The notes: generated by a model from the sequence alone, not told the origin. Counted from the stretch's first letter, positions 1 through 14,800 are shown. The stretch is 64,000 bases of DNA from Chrysomallon squamiferum (GCA_012295275.1 CM022671.1:9424001-9488000); one strand, 5' to 3'. Numbers and translations are program-made.

Positions 1-222
1 AATAACAAATACATAATAATTAATACAATATCTAACCCCCCAAAAATATTTATATGCATTAAAAACATCTACATAAAATTATTTCATTATATAAAGTTTA
101 CTTTAATATTCTTAGCATATGGTTTAACTAAACTGTCTATGTCAGATACAGAAAGATAAGGATTATATATAGAATAATGATTCAAATATTACAAAAATTT
201 ATAAAATTTAAAAAACAATTAC

Positions 223-572
223 CTGAAGTAAGTTTAACTAAATCGTCAATGACAGATACAGAAAGATCAGGAGAATTTACAATGTCCACATCTTTCAAAG
301 AAAGGAGTTTTCCATGGAAACATTCTACCAGAAACTCAAACATCTGGTTGGTTAAACAACTGGAATTCAGACTTGTGACTGATTATGGATCTCAAATATC
401 TGAAATAAATGAAAAACAACTATTAAGAAACTTTGCCACTGTATTTTAACTATCAGGAGAAAAAGAAAACAGAAATAGAAAAAATATAATAATCTGAAAT
501 TTGTTTAATCTAGATAGTTACATAATGAAATACACAAGTTTGTGTATATAACATATAATACGTGTGTGTAAG

Positions 573-632
<60 letters not shown>

Positions 633-808
633 ATGAGATATTATAATATATATATTTTACAAATCTAAATTAACCATCAACAGTAAGTGTTTGGTTGTTA
701 ACTTTTGCATCATTCAGATGAAAAGCTGTCATCTTTCGATGACTGAAAACAGCAGACAAAAACTGAGCTACAAGATTAAGTGATCCCAGCTGAAAATAAA
801 AACAAATG

Positions 809-846
<38 letters not shown>

Positions 847-1903
847 TCACAATGTGTAGAATCTACATTAGCAGAAACTAATTTAATGTCAGTGATTAAA
901 ATAAGCATAGGGTGTACAAAAATGAGCTAATTAATTCTGATTGGCTGATCTCTCTCTGAAGATTGGTTGGTTAATGATTCTGTGGTTTCATTGGTTAATC
1001 TCTATCTGTAGTCTGATTGGTTAATCAGGCTGAATTCTAATTGACTAGTTACTGACACACCCACCTCATTGCTGCTGATATTGAGTTCAGTGAGAAAAGA
1101 ATTTTCTGTGACTGCAGTACACAAATCTTTAGACCAACATCACTCATATTACACTGACTGACACATACTGACAATAACACACACCTTGTCAGTAAGAATA
1201 AATAATGAAATTAATCTAATATTATACATACATAGAAAAAGATAGATGCTGACCAACTATACAGGCATATACCCATGTAAGGACACACACATCCGCACAC
1301 ACACAATTTCACATTTTCATTAACTCACACACACACAGAGAGATAGATGTATTCTGTTAATACAAATGCTGTTTATGTTGTTGTTATTAGAACTAATGTA
1401 ATTGTTTATCATCAAGTACTACAACCACATTTCACCAATATTTACTATTGCATGTTTCATGTGAACAGTAAATTGTTTATGTTGTGAAACTTCCTCTCAC
1501 CTTTAAAGCAGCAGCCAGTCCTTTAGTGAGAGCAGTTTGATCAGATAATCTATTACTAGACAGATCTAGTTCTGTGAGTCCAGTGTTTTCCACTAGAGTC
1601 GGTGATATAAGTTTCATATCAGTGGAGCCTACACACAGCTCTGAAAATAAATAAATAAATAAATAAATAGATAAATAAATGTAATATCACAGTAGATATC
1701 AGTAGCTCTGAAATTATAGAGAAATACACATTTATATTAATAAAACCAATATAAATAAATAAATAAATAAATAAGAAAGTTTATATATTTAAAAAATATA
1801 TAAAGAAAAAGTGAGAATTTTGGGTATGTGCTAATGTTTCATAGAGGAGAAAGAGAAAGTGAAAGACAGTAAGAGAGAGAGCAATAAAGAGAAAGAGTAG
1901 CAG

Positions 1904-1954
<51 letters not shown>

Positions 1955-2150
1955 GAAATAGTGGCAGATAAAAGTTAATAAAATGACATAATTAAAAAAA
2001 AGAAGAATAAGAAGAAAATTGAGAGTTTTCAGTGTTGTGTTTTCTTTAAGAGCTGGACTGACACAGTGAGAGAAATAATCATTTCCTAGAGAATTACTCG
2101 ACACATCCAAATATTCCTGTTTACCAACAACATTTTGACTACAGTGCCAG
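223..2150 (-). pseudogene. Spliced RNI-like leucine-rich-repeat gene fragment (NLR/LRRC-type), probably disabled
   Basis: Minus-strand exon-like blocks: ~2020-2150 (EYLDVSSNSLGNDYFSHCVSPALKENTTLKTLN), 1501-1640 (tttcag|..LCVGSTDMKLISPTLVENTGLTELDLSSNRLSDQTALTKGLAAALK|gtgag), ~1065-1170 (KDLCTAVTENSFLTELNISSNE|gtggg, one base short of VGLKDL), ~670-790 (LGSLNLVAQFLSAVFSH..) and ~223-399 (SLNSSCLTNQMFEFLVECFHGKLLSLKDVDI..|gtaa). LxxLxLxxNxL repeats. Whether all blocks belong to one gene is uncertain. Confidence 0.7.
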
Positions 2151-2414
2151 AAACAAAAGTTGTGTGTATTAGTAGCAAAAACTATTAACACAAATTGTTA
2201 ACACTTATTTATTTGTTATTATTAAAATTTAGTTAATAGAAGACATCATAATGTTTTAACAGTAGTAACAGAATCAAAAGCAGTTGTAGTAGTTGTAGTA
2301 ATACCAGTAGTAGAATTAGTGGTAACAGTGGTAACATCAGTTGTAGTAGTTTTATTATTAGTAACAGTAGCAGTTTGCAGCAGTGACAGCAAGAAGCAGT
2401 TGTTGTAGCATAGT

Positions 2415-2614
2415 NNNNNNNNNNNNNNNNNNNNNNNNNNNNNNNNNNNNNNNNNNNNNNNNNNNNNNNNNNNNNNNNNNNNNNNNNNNNNNNNNNNNNN
2501 NNNNNNNNNNNNNNNNNNNNNNNNNNNNNNNNNNNNNNNNNNNNNNNNNNNNNNNNNNNNNNNNNNNNNNNNNNNNNNNNNNNNNNNNNNNNNNNNNNNN
2601 NNNNNNNNNNNNNN
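2415..2614. other. Assembly gap (200 N)
   Basis: Run of exactly 200 N. Confidence 0.99.
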
Positions 2615-2994
2615 AAACTAAATATGATATTTATGTCATTAATTCTCGAATATAAATTGCTGAGATTCCATTAAGGTAGCAGTTAGTTATACTCTTCTGT
2701 TCTTTACAAAATATTTTTAAAGTTTTGTAGAAGACGTATGGATAGGCATGTTTTTTGTGTTTTTTTATGATATAACTTACAGATTATAATATTAATACAG
2801 CAGACATCTCCTAGTAGAATAAAATGTAACTGTAAGTGAAATGATCAGTATTGTTTATGATGCAAAATAGAGGAAAAACATAGTAAAACATCACATTATT
2901 GTCATTCAGTATCAATTTATGATATAAACGTCGCTGGTTTTATGTATAAAACGTAAATTACGTCGCGTAATTGTTTTGCAAAATCAAATTCTGT

Positions 2995-3743
2995 GATTCA
3001 AGTAAAGTGTAACTTCTCACGTGTTCAGTATTAATTTTTAATTTTTTTTTTTTTTTTTTTTTTGTAGAGATGAAACTGTATCTCAGTTTAAGAGAAAAAT
3101 ATTGTCACAATAGAGTGGCTTCCCCTGTATATCTAGTCATTAAGTTATTTATTTCTGAATTTACAAGTCCAACGCTGAATGCCACTATATAATTAACAGG
3201 TCAGGTCCATATAAATGTGATTTTTGATTAACAGCAGAACAGATTTCACTAAAAAGCTCTGAATGATGCTGAAAACTGAGCTTTTACTTTATAAGAATCC
3301 ATTCATTTTTGTTGATAATACGTTGATAATAAATGATGTCAACATGAACGCAGTTTTCAAGATTATTCTTGAAAAGCCGATGATATTCCTTTAGCTGGAT
3401 CCTAGATTATATTGACAGTTTATATATATATATATATATATTTGTTATGATGCAAATCAAAGGTGAACGTAATAAAATATCGATGTAAGCAGTGTTTTTT
3501 TTACTAAGATGGAACGTAATTTCCGCTCAGTCTGTTTAGTCATAGAAGCTGCACAGCTGGTAATAAATCAAAACGTAAATTCTGTCGAGCAGTCTCAAAT
3601 TATCTTCAGAAAACTACGCTCATCCAAATTAAATATGGTATTATACACAGAAATTAAAGATTAACTGGTATAATATTGGTTACCATATTTAAAAATATGG
3701 TTTATTTGAAAGGCCCTCTGTATTTCTCAACAACAAAAATATA

Positions 3744-3782
<39 letters not shown>

Positions 3783-4751
3783 ATACATGTATACTTTTAT
3801 AAAATTTGTTTTAGAGAGCCATGAAAAGATATTATCAGTAGTAAACAATTAAAAAAAAAAAAACATTAAGCTTATCGAGCAGCGCAGTTTATAAAGCAAA
3901 ATGTAGAATCAGGAAAAATAATATGATATTTCATATTTATTTCGAATTCTTCACCTTTTCCTGTATTTTTTATTTAACAGTGTCTTCGCCTCGGAAACTT
4001 GTTTTACGTGGTAGACTGTAAAATTGATGACATAATCGAGATGCACAAAGATATAGATAGAACAATAATAATAATAATAGTTTGGACTGTTCAAAGAAAG
4101 AAGCAGGCGGTGACAGAAACATTATTAAAGCTGTGGAATTCATGGACTGACAGAGAAACACACGAACAGATGTGGGTATACGTATTGGCTGTTAGAAAAA
4201 GAAAATGGGTATATATATATATATATATGTACACACAAGTTGTGTATGAGTGTATATGTGTATATGTGTACTGAAGGAAATTATAATTTTTGTGTTATCT
4301 GAGGCATGGGTATGTACGAGAAATCGACATAGATACAGAGAGATAGACAGATGTGAATGAGTTGGTACAGACATGTTATCTGTGAGAAAGAGTTAATGTG
4401 TTTGTTGTCAAATAACTGCTGCATGTGAAAGACAGTGACCTTGTTTATGTAAAAGTAAATACAAGTTCCAAGTGTTTTGATTGTTGTTGTTTTTTCAAAA
4501 AACCCAAGAAAAATGAGATAAAAATAGAGATAAAAAACAGAATTATTAATTGGATTATTTCAATGATTTATTCTTATATTATTGTCTTGATTTTGAATTA
4601 TTTTTATTGACATTAAAAAATATTTGTAGATAGCTGAAATTAATCAGATTAAAAAAATAATTTTAGCACCAAATATTAAAACCAAGTCTTTTTTAAAATA
4701 GATTTGCAGTCATTTTTATTTTAAATAAATGAAAATGAAATTATGTATGTC

Positions 4752-4785
<34 letters not shown>

Positions 4786-7115
4786 TTTAAAGAATTAAAA
4801 ATTAATTTGCTTGATTATGGCGTCATTATGACAGCCTATGACAGTATCAAATAAAAGTAAAATCGGTTCATAGTACAAAATCTTAAAGGCATATGTCACT
4901 ATAATTCATTATTAGAATTCATTGTTAAAAAAGTGGTGTTTAGTTTTGTCTTAAAATGCTATTGTAATTATATTTCTTATTTAACAAACTTCAGTTTGAT
5001 TAGTAACATCATGCAGAGTGATCTTGACTGCTCAAAATTTATATGAAAAATTCATTTTTTTTATTCAAGGGACAAATCGAAAAAAAATAGTTTTTAGCAA
5101 AATAGGAATTTTACAATAATTAATTATGTAATAATAATAACTCAAATAAACAAACAAATAATGGAAATTGGCTCTTTATAAACTGTTGGAGTAAATATAT
5201 GGTACTGTTGAAATATTTTGTTCTAAATAATTTTAAAGAATGAGCTAATTCATCTAAATGTAGCAAATCAAATTTGGCTTGACACTGCTAAGGGATATAA
5301 CTTTAACGTGTTTGTAAATATACAAAAAAGACTGAGTGTGGAGAGAGCGAGAAAGAGAGAGGTATATATATATTAATAATGATTGTCAGATTATCTTTTG
5401 CTAGTTGACAATAAATACACAAAACGTTGATCAATATATACATAATAAAAATAAAAACACGCAAAGACTATTCTTTATTTATTTATTTTTGTTTTAAATT
5501 ATTTGAATGTACCTTAACATTTTTAATGTTAAGAAATTGAAACAATTTCAGAAATATTTTCCATTTTCTATATTGTTTTTAGATAAGATGCAATGAGTTT
5601 GAATTTACAAATGTCAGGATTTAAATCAGTTGAGAACAAATAATATTTCCTTTTTTTTTTAAAATATTGTAACATAACCTGGCTATATTTTACTGTTAGG
5701 CAAAAACTCCAAACATTACTAAAAATATTCAAAGTACTGAATTTGCATAATCTTATAATATATCTTAGAATAAAAAATGAAAATTTGAATCTGTAATTTG
5801 AATTTTTGTACAAACAAATCAGCTTTAATTTCCATGCAGCTTGGAAATATATTAAATACCAAATTGTACTTCATTTTTTAAAGAGATTAATGTTCTTTTC
5901 TTTTCTTTTCTTTATTTCTTTATTTATTTTATTTTATTTTATTTTTTTCCTAGTTTGTTAATTGAATTAAAGAGAAAATACAGATTATAAAATAATTAGA
6001 AGACATTTCCATTTGCACATTTTTTAACTAATGTTTTGAATATTTCCAAAATGTAAACAGCAAATTATAAAATACTCGGAAAAATTTCATTTAAGTACAT
6101 TTTTTCTCTTATTTTTTTATTATTATTTTTTTTTTTTATCGTTTTTAAATTATTATTTCCTAGTTTTAAACATTCCTTACAGAAATAATTATATTATTCT
6201 TTCTAAAATGGGAAAGGCAAATTATAAGAACTGGCAGAAATGTCTAAACAGAAATAACTGAATATTTAACTTTTACTATCTAGACAGGTTTTTAAGTAAT
6301 TTCAACTTGAAGATCCATAATTATATAATTATAAAAATATTTAGACAATGATTACCCCCAGCAAACCTTTGATTTCTCCGGATTTAAATAATAAAAAGAA
6401 AACAAAATCCTTTTTTTTTTTTTCATACAAATTCAGATTACCCCTAATTACATCATCTTCAATTATATTTACACTGATTACCCCAGCAAACGCTTGATTT
6501 TCCTCTGATTTAAATAATATTTAAAAAAAAGATAGAAGAAATTTTTTTTTGTGTTTTTTTGTGTATCTCCATTCCTCTTTCAGCACAAAAAATTAGAATA
6601 ACCAAGAACACATCAATGATAAAAACAGAGCAAGCTGCTGTGAAGTACAATGTGTACACTGGATGTTCTGATCACATTGACAATGCAGTCTCTTGGAGAT
6701 CACTGAGTGTTTGAAATTCAAATTACTTTTCAGACAGATTTTCTCTTGAAAGACTGTGATGTAAAAGCTTTCTGGTGAATCTTTTCTGAAAATGCAGTGC
6801 TGGCTAAGGCAGCTTGAATCTGTTGTCTAGGATCCTACAACAAAATATAATAGTCATTAATAAACAAAATATAATAGTCATTAATAAACAAAATATAATA
6901 GTCATTAATAAACAAAATATAATAGTCATTAATAAACTAAACATAATAGTCATTAATAAACAAAATATAATAGTCATTAATAAACAAAATATAATAGTCA
7001 TTAATAAACTAAACATAATAGTCATTAATAAACAAAATATAATAGTCATTAATAAACAAAATACAATAGTCATTAATAAACAAAATATAATAGTCATTAA
7101 TAAACAAAACATAAA
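2995..7115 (+). repeat. Segmental duplication block X, copy A (paralogue at ~27575-32030)
   Basis: Colinear shared sequence, e.g. aacttctcacgtgttcagtattaa (3011/27590), ctgaaaactgagcttttactttataagaatccattcatt (3269/27743), gcaagctgctgtgaagtacaatgtgtacactggatgttctgatcaca (6630/31734). Confidence 0.93.
6840..7115 (+). repeat. 24-bp minisatellite (caaaatataatagtcattaataaa), ~11 copies
   Basis: Direct tandem repeat; produces the spurious NIIVINKQ / FCLLMTII ORFs. Confidence 0.95.
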
Positions 7116-8099
7116 ATAAAGTGAAAGAAGCTCTAACTGCATTTCACTGTCTTTATTAAGGGTTTTTATATTCTTAATTTCAATCAGATTAATATTGTAA
7201 ATATCTTTTACCTGTATTAAATATATCTTTTTTCTGAGATAAGAGAGAGCAAATTACAAATTGATACAACTGTTCTGTTCACTGCTCTATTAGGCTGGCA
7301 TGCAAATTATTACAAAGTTTGTTGGTGCATAAACCATTATTACATTGATTCTGCACTAGCCAAACTTAACATTGTTTAAAACATCAAGCAAATAGGCATG
7401 CTTTATGAAACGTTTATATAAAATTATCAGTATATAAAAATAAAATCATCAAAGAAGACAAACAGTGTAAATATTTAAATTTAATTGTTAATTTAATCTG
7501 AAAAAATCCTGACAATTTTCTTATAATTTCTCAGAAGAAAAAAGATAAATGCAGTTGAACACATTTGAAGAATACATTAAGCATGAATACAAAATGAATT
7601 AGTACATTTAAATAGCTATATTGTTATTTCTAAAACTGATTAATAAATCCTGATATAACTAATAAGTAAAACCATTTTGAGGACAATGTAAAGTTAATGA
7701 GGAAATAAAATGAGGGAAAACAAAACAAAATCTGTTACTGATCAATGAAAACATAATGTATATTATATCCTTTTACAATCCTTCTCGGGGCTTTTGTTTT
7801 TTGTTTTAAAGAAAAACTAAATTGTTGATGTTTTCTAGCTATCCATTATTATTTATAGTCTAGATAAGATGGAAACACATGAGTGAGAGCTACTAACAAT
7901 AAAAAAGTAAAGTGCTGCAATCCATACAACAAGAAAAACTGCTGACAGAATTTCCTAAACAAACAGTTCTTCAGATTTCCTAAATCACTCATCTAGATCC
8001 ATTACTAAAATACACCATTAACGTAAATGAAATAACAATAAATCATTTCTTAATCATATTTCAGGCTCTGAATAAAACAAAGTTGAACTTAAAAATACT

Positions 8100-8682
8100 G
8101 AAACATAAGTAAATCCTAATGAAAACATTAAAGTATCTCTCAAAATGCTTTTGTGTACATATGTGACCTTTGACCTCTTACCTGAAAAAATTGTAGCAGT
8201 AGCAGTTAGAAAGAATGCAAGAAGCATTGGTTGCCCTTCTGGTATTCTGAAACAGAAATATAGTCGACACCAGTTTGATTTATGTCCTGAAAGACTCCTG
8301 AGTGAATCTGACATTAACAGTGTGTCACTTCATCAAGTCAACAAAAAGCAGTCTCAACACGGTGGTCAGAGTTTCGTCAAGTGCAGTTGTAATGGACGTA
8401 AGAGATGTCGGAGTAAGAGATGTGCTTGTTTCAAAAATAATGTTTTGTGTAATAACAGAACTCGCAACAGTGTAAATTGTTTAAATAAATGAAGTATGTA
8501 TTATGTGTCACCAATGCATTATACTGGTCAATTTGTTGTTACATGTATTTGATTATTCAATACAGATGAAACATAGTTTAGTTATCAGAAAACACCAAGA
8601 AATACCCTTTAGTCATTTGCCCTAATGACTAGTGTTCAGAGGCATTTGACCAAATGACTGGTTTGACAAACTGACTGTCACA
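8100..8682 (+). mobile_element. 3' remnant of Ginger2 (KRBA2/SCAND3-like integrase) transposon with right TIR
   Basis: Cys-rich C-terminus GGQSFVKCSCNGRKRCRSKRCACFKNNVLCNN..NCLNK* (8145-8492); right TIR ..ggcatttgaccaaatgactggtttgacaaactgactgtcaca, inverse of the TIRs at ~35160 and 35933. Confidence 0.82.
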
Positions 8683-10381
8683 TATATATCTCATCGTATT
8701 CTCGGCCATACTTCTGGCAGGAAGCTTTGATAATTTTTTGATAAACAATTGCAGTTTTTGGAGTAAACGTGAGCAGTAAGAAAGTGACAACCAAGCAGGC
8801 ATTACAAATGATAATGTCAGATTCTGAGGATGAGAATGAAGTGCTGGAATATGGAAATAATAGTGACTTTGAAAGTGAAGAGAGTGATGATGATGTTGTC
8901 AATGATACAAATAATAATAACATGAATGCAAATGAAGGTGAAAATGATTCTGCTGATAATCAAGACCCAGGTGGTGATGTTTTACAACCTGTTAGGGTGG
9001 GTGGCTGTGGTAGAGGAATATGGTCTATGCTACACAGTGTAAATGAATTAGACCCAGAGCTAGACAAATCTGATAAGATTTACAAAATCACAGCCCATGT
9101 TCAATCACTTGTTCAAAAAATCCAGGTTGCATTATACACTGAGAAGCAATCTGTCACTTGACCTAGGGAATGATTCTGATTAAAACAACTTCCTATCTAT
9201 AAAACAGTACACCAAAGATAAACCAATAAAGTGGGATATTGAAACCTTCCTAGTTTGTGACAGTGAGAATGGCTACATTTCAAATACAGAAGTATACAGA
9301 GGTTGCAGGAAGGATGGTGAAACCATTGAAAATCTTGGACTGGAAACCTTGTTGTTCTTGTTGGAACTGTTTCGTTACAAGCATTACTGTGTGTGTACAG
9401 ACAGTCTCTACACTAGTGTATATTTGTGTGAGTTTTTGCTGGAAAAGAGAGGAATCTGCCTAGTGGGCACTGCACTTACCAATCACAAACTTTTTCCAAA
9501 AAAGCTGACCAAATCAAAATGTCAAATCAGAAGGGTGCAATTTGAACTATTGTTCAATGGAACTGTAGCAGCAATTGTTTGGTGTGACAAAAAGCCTGTT
9601 TATTTTGTAACGTCTGCATTTATAGCCCACCCACCCCAGTACATGTACAAAGATATGATAGTAAACAGCTAAGAAGGCTTCCTGTGGGATGTCTGAAAGC
9701 TGTCCAAAGTTACAACATATAAAAATGACCAACTTACCAAGCTGCATCAGAGCAGACTTGACGATGGAATGTTGTTACATATGGCCATGTCCTCTTAGTA
9801 TGAAGTGTTTTACTTGCGCTGTGAATAATGCCTACGAAATCATGTGGCCTTATCAGCTGCATAATCCCTAGGGGCAAAGAATATTTACATTCCATGTGTT
9901 TGTTGAAAAACTTGCGGGCAATTGTCACCGTCTGTTACCAGTGAAAGTGCCTCTGTACACAGACAAATACCTCCAAGATTACAGACCTCCCGAGCTGGAA
10001 AGAGCCTACCCATGCAACATCAAACAGTAGGTGTGTAGTGTGTCTGGAAAAACACAACAAAATCCTAGTGCTGCATACAAGGACTTTCCCAAAAAGTCAA
10101 AAACAGTTTACTTGTGTAACTACTGTAAGGCTTTTTATTGTGCATCGGGCTACCACGGCAAAACTGCTGGCATGACTGAAATACAAAAATTCAGTTTTTG
10201 AGGTAGAAGTGAAAAATGCAATAAACAACATGGAATAGATATTGTATTTGTTTATTTATTGTAAATGACAACAAAGTAGCAGCACAAGAATGCAAATAAC
10301 TCATAACTGACTTTTTGCAATTTTTCGCTGGGAAATCAGGGTGAAGAGCATGTAAGGGTGGGGGTCATAGGGTTCAAAGGG
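8683..10381 (+). mobile_element. piggyBac (PGBD4-like) transposon, degenerate transposase and right TIR
   Basis: Acidic N-terminus (SKKVTTKQALQMIMSDSEDENE..), DKIYKI, KDKPIKWDIETFLVC, VCTDSLYTSV, GTALTN, VWCDKKPVYFVTS, C-terminal Cys-rich remnant; many frameshifts; ends GGTTCAAAGGG|TTAA (10371-10385). Confidence 0.88.
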
Positions 10382-10385
10382 TTAA

Positions 10386-13300
10386 AACAATGAGAATCAA
10401 AGGATAAAAAGAAAAATAACTACGGTCGTATTTTCCTTGGTTTTTGTATATATAACAACATGTTTATTATGAATGGGAAAGTAGGTAAAGACATTAGTGT
10501 TGTAGGTTACTTCACTGCCAATGTTAAATTCTTATCCCTAACAGAAAACCTTTCTATTCTGCCATTTTCTTCTTTGCTATCTTCTTTATGTATCAAACTA
10601 TGTATGCAAATAAATCTTGAGAATACTGCAATTGATATTTCATCAAGCTCTAAGGAAGTCCCAAGGAAATGGTTTCATGATTAAAAAGCAAGAATTTTGC
10701 AATAATGTTGAAAAGCAGAACATTTGTTAATTGAAATACCCCCAAAATTAAAAAATTACAAGGAAACAGATTTGACTCTGAATTTGTAAATAATACAAAA
10801 TCTGATATAAATGTTATATTTATAACTGCAACCAAAAAAACATTTAGAAAGAAACCACCTATAATACAATAAAGAAACATCCTTAGAATAAGGCCTGGTT
10901 TAATGTAGTTTGTATGGCTACAAGACAGGAAGTCAGAAAATCCAGAATAAGATATAGACAATATGGTCGAAGTATGCTGAAAGTTGACTTGAAGTATAAA
11001 CAAACATTAAACAGAGCTGTTAGGGAATATAGAACATCTATTAAACAAAAACTGAAAATACTAAAAAGTTCAAATCCCAAAGAGTACTAGTCAATTCTGA
11101 ACAACAACAAGCAGAGACGGTCAAAATCTGATGTGTATAAACTGATTCTTTATTCGACTTTTTCAAAACTCTTAATAGCAATATTAATGAAACTTTGCCT
11201 GATCATATTACTAGAACTACACACTCAAAGACAAGAAACTACTAATGATATTTTGAACAAAACTTTTTCAGCCAGGGAAAGATCTAGAGCAGTGAATTGA
11301 CTCCATTGTAATTGGATAAGATTTTATTATTAATGAATGTATTAAGCATACTGCTAATGTTATGTTACCTTTATACGTACTGCTGTTTAATGTTATTCTT
11401 GACACAGCAATTACACCATCCGATTGGTATTTAAAAATAAAGGTAAATTATTTACATCTCTACTTAATTCTAGATGAAATAAGTATGCAGATGAACAGAC
11501 CCGATTTTAGAAAAACAAGCTGGATTTCGTAAAAAACTACAGACCTTATATGGTCTTTATACTCGTTAATTATTTTAATGAAAAAATGTAAAAAGAAATT
11601 ATATTATGCTTTTATAGATTTTGAGAAAGTGTTGGGTAGACTCTAGAGAATTGGATTACGGAATAAGTTAATTGGATCTGGCATAAATTAAAAATGTTTT
11701 AATGTCTTAGTAAATATACTCTCCCAAAAAAGAAATGCAAAATGGTTGATTTCTTTGATAACTATTGCAAACTGAACAACTATGAATATAATGACATTTG
11801 GTGATTCAAACGTATAGCTTTTGTTACAGACACCAAAAAGCAGGTAACACAAAATAAAGGCTATGATCGTGTTTATTAGCCAAAACGTCCCCGAATGCAA
11901 ACCACGTTACCAGTGCATGTACCAGTGAGGGTTATAAAAATTTAAGGTTTTCGAATACTTCTGTTTGTTATTTTTGTTCTGACCAAACATCAAACAAATG
12001 TCACAACTAAGTGAAACGCAATGAAACACCATCGGCCGTTTACAAGTTGGGAAATCCTTCTCAGCTGTAGCCCGGGCGTTCCATGTATCCCCAAGTCTTG
12101 AGATTCTGATATCAGTTCCAGCAACACCAAACAACACGTGACCGTGACAAGATCAGGTAGACCACGTGTAACTGCTACATATATGGGTACTTCGTCTCTG
12201 GGAAAGAACCACCAAAGCAACCTCTACTGCTTCAGCAATATCAGGTCTGCAGAGAACATCGGCTAAGACAGTGTGCAATCGTTTACACGAGGCAGGTATT
12301 TGAGCCAGACGGCCAGTAAGAAGAGTGGTTTTGACTAACAACATCATCGGCTACGGCATCAGTGGTGTCAAGTGGCCTCAGTTATGATGCAGAACTGTCT
12401 GGTTTAGTGACGAGGCTCAATTTCTGCTTCGTCGAGCTGATGGAAGATGTTGAGTTTACAGACGTCCTGGTGAACATTTTGCTGCATACAGGAAGCAGAC
12501 AGATTTGGCGGTGGTAGTGTGATGGTATGGGCAGCAATCTCATACATTGGCAGGACCAACCTGGTTCACATCCAAGGCAACTTAATGGCACAGAGATACC
12601 AAGATGAAATTTTGCAGCCACATGTCACTCCAATTATGAATAATGGTAACACTATATTCCATCATGACAATGCAAGACCACATACAGCCAGACTCACAAC
12701 AGCGTATCTACACAACAATAACATTCAGGTCCTGCCCTGGCTCTCTAAATCTCAGATTTGAACCCTATAGAGCTCAGTTGGCATTATTACTACAGACAGA
12801 GTGGGCCACCATTCCACAAGGTGTAATTCATAATGTCATTACTGCCATGGGATGGAGATGTCAGGCAGTTCTGGACTCCCATGGTGGGCACACAAGATAT
12901 TCATATTATACTGTTATAAGCTTGAACTTTAACCTTTTCAATGTAATGCCATCAATATTAATGAACTGCGAAAGTGTGTGTAAAATGTGAACATTCTGCT
13001 GCATTCTGTTGATGCATTAGGTAGATATTCCCAATGACAATAACATCTACTTTTGCGTTTCGTTTTTGTTAGAGTATATGTATGAAGATACTAAGGCTAA
13101 AATTATAGCGAATGGTTTGTTTGATTGTGAAATCGGTGTGAGGCAAAGAGATAATCTCTCACCATTTTTATTTTCTGTTTTTCTAAATGGCTTAGAGGAA
13201 TTTCTTATAGATAGCAAAGCGTAGGGCAATTACAACAATGTTTAGTGAAGAATTTAATGTTTAATTAAAGCTTTTTATTCTACTGTATGCTGATGATACA

Positions 13301-13900
13301 ATACTGTTAGCAGAATCACTGGATGTTCTACAACATAATCTTAATGTTTTTGTCAATTACTGCCAACAATGGAGACTTAAAGTTAATATAAATAGAACTA
13401 AAATAATGATTTTCAGTAAAAGGAGAAAAACTTGTGGTTACATATTTATATTTGATGGAGATTACTGATATAACTCTAAATACACTTCACATGAAATGGT
13501 CTATTCACTTACAGTGTAAAATAACTATATAATAAAGCAATGAAAGCTATGTATAGCCTAATAGCTGAAGGTCATCAGAATAATCTCTCTAATGACTGTA
13601 TACTTGATTTATTTGACAAATTAATACAGCCAATTTTATTGTATGGTTGTGAAATATGGGGTTTTACAAATATACAACTAATAGAAAGACATTTTAAAAT
13701 CAAATAAACTTTGAAAACTAGTTTACTTTGCTATCTCAAAAGAATGCGAAAGTCTTATGTAAATTTAGAACCATGATTAACTTCCCTACTGAAACGGGTC
13801 TACTATTCTAAGAGAAAACAGAAAATGTCAAATCTGTAATCTTAACACAATTGGAGATGAATGTAATGATCCTATGTTATTAAATGCTAGAAAAGATTAA
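10386..13900 (+). mobile_element. Non-LTR retrotransposon (RTE-X-like LINE) ORF2: endonuclease 3' part and reverse transcriptase, interrupted by Tc1
   Basis: KDKKKNNYGRIFLGFCIYNNMFIMNGKVGKD; QAGFRK; LYYAFIDFEK; GVRQRDNLSPFLFSVFLN; LFILLYADDTILLAES (~13285); PILLYGCEIWGF; C-terminal RENRKCQICNLNTIGDE; stops and frameshifts. Confidence 0.88.
11717..13076 (+). mobile_element. Tc1-family DNA transposon with TIRs and TA target duplication
   Basis: TA|tactctcccaaaaaagaaatgcaaaa ... ttttgcgtttcgtttttgttagagta|TA; degenerate transposase with WFSDE, FGGGSVMVWAAIS, FHHDNARPH, DLNPIE; removing it restores the LINE frame NVLVN-MYEDTKAKI. Confidence 0.93.
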
Positions 13901-14097
13901 TTAAATGTATCACACATACTAATTTTTGGGAGTTAAAAACAAAACTGTTTTGATTACCCCTAGTACAAATATAAGCTAAAAAGAAATAAAACAATGGAAG
14001 TAAACTAAGTCACCTGCTGCTCAACTTCCAGGCTTTTGTCTTTGCTAATATAAAGCTTATTTTACTTAATAAGAAATAAAAATAAGATTAAAAACTT

Positions 14098-14329
14098 ACA
14101 ACTTGGAATTGTGCAGTATGCAGTGTCTGTACAGCTGATTCATCCTTCTCCATAATGTAAATTCCCTTTCTAGACAGCAACTGAATAATACTGCATTGAC
14201 CTACATAAAATATTTAACATCAACAGTAAACAATGTTTTTAGAAATTCCAACATGAACATAATACTTTTTTTTTATCAATCTACATTTGTCTGATTAATG
14301 CATATGTTATTTTGATTATTATCATTCAT

Positions 14330-14423
<94 letters not shown>

Positions 14424-14800
14424 ATTTATATATATAAACTAATATATAGTTGAGAGGTTTCTGACAAAATTCTAACACAGGCCTGACACATCACTTGACA
14501 CCAGGCTGTTGATTCACATTATCCATAGTCTCTTGTGTCCCATCTGTAGAAAATGGCCTAGATTTGTGTGATGCTGAAGTAGGGGATAGGGACCTGGGTC
14601 CCACTCTGTTGTCTGAATCAGGAACAGGACTAGCTCGGTCCTTCGAATCATCAGTGTGGTGAAACATCTCTTGAATGCTGCCTTCCCAAGTCTCTGTCTG
14701 ATCTTGTTCTGTTGCAGCTACAACCTCTGATGGTGTCGTTTCTGTTGTTTTTCTAATGTTGACATGCATGGTAGTGTTAATGATACCTTTTACCAATACT
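14098..14800 (-). pseudogene. Unidentified exon-like remnants; the 14460-14800 block has a paralogue at ~41100-41545
   Basis: GC-richer blocks with ag/gt-like ends; shared gtgatgctgaagtagggg (14567/41202) and ttcacattatc.atagtctc between copies. Confidence 0.45.

Noticed and set aside
177-449. Plus-strand 90-aa ORF
   Set aside because: Shadow of a minus-strand LRR exon with splice sites
6804-7142. Hydrophobic repeat ORFs on both strands
   Set aside because: Translation of the 24-bp minisatellite
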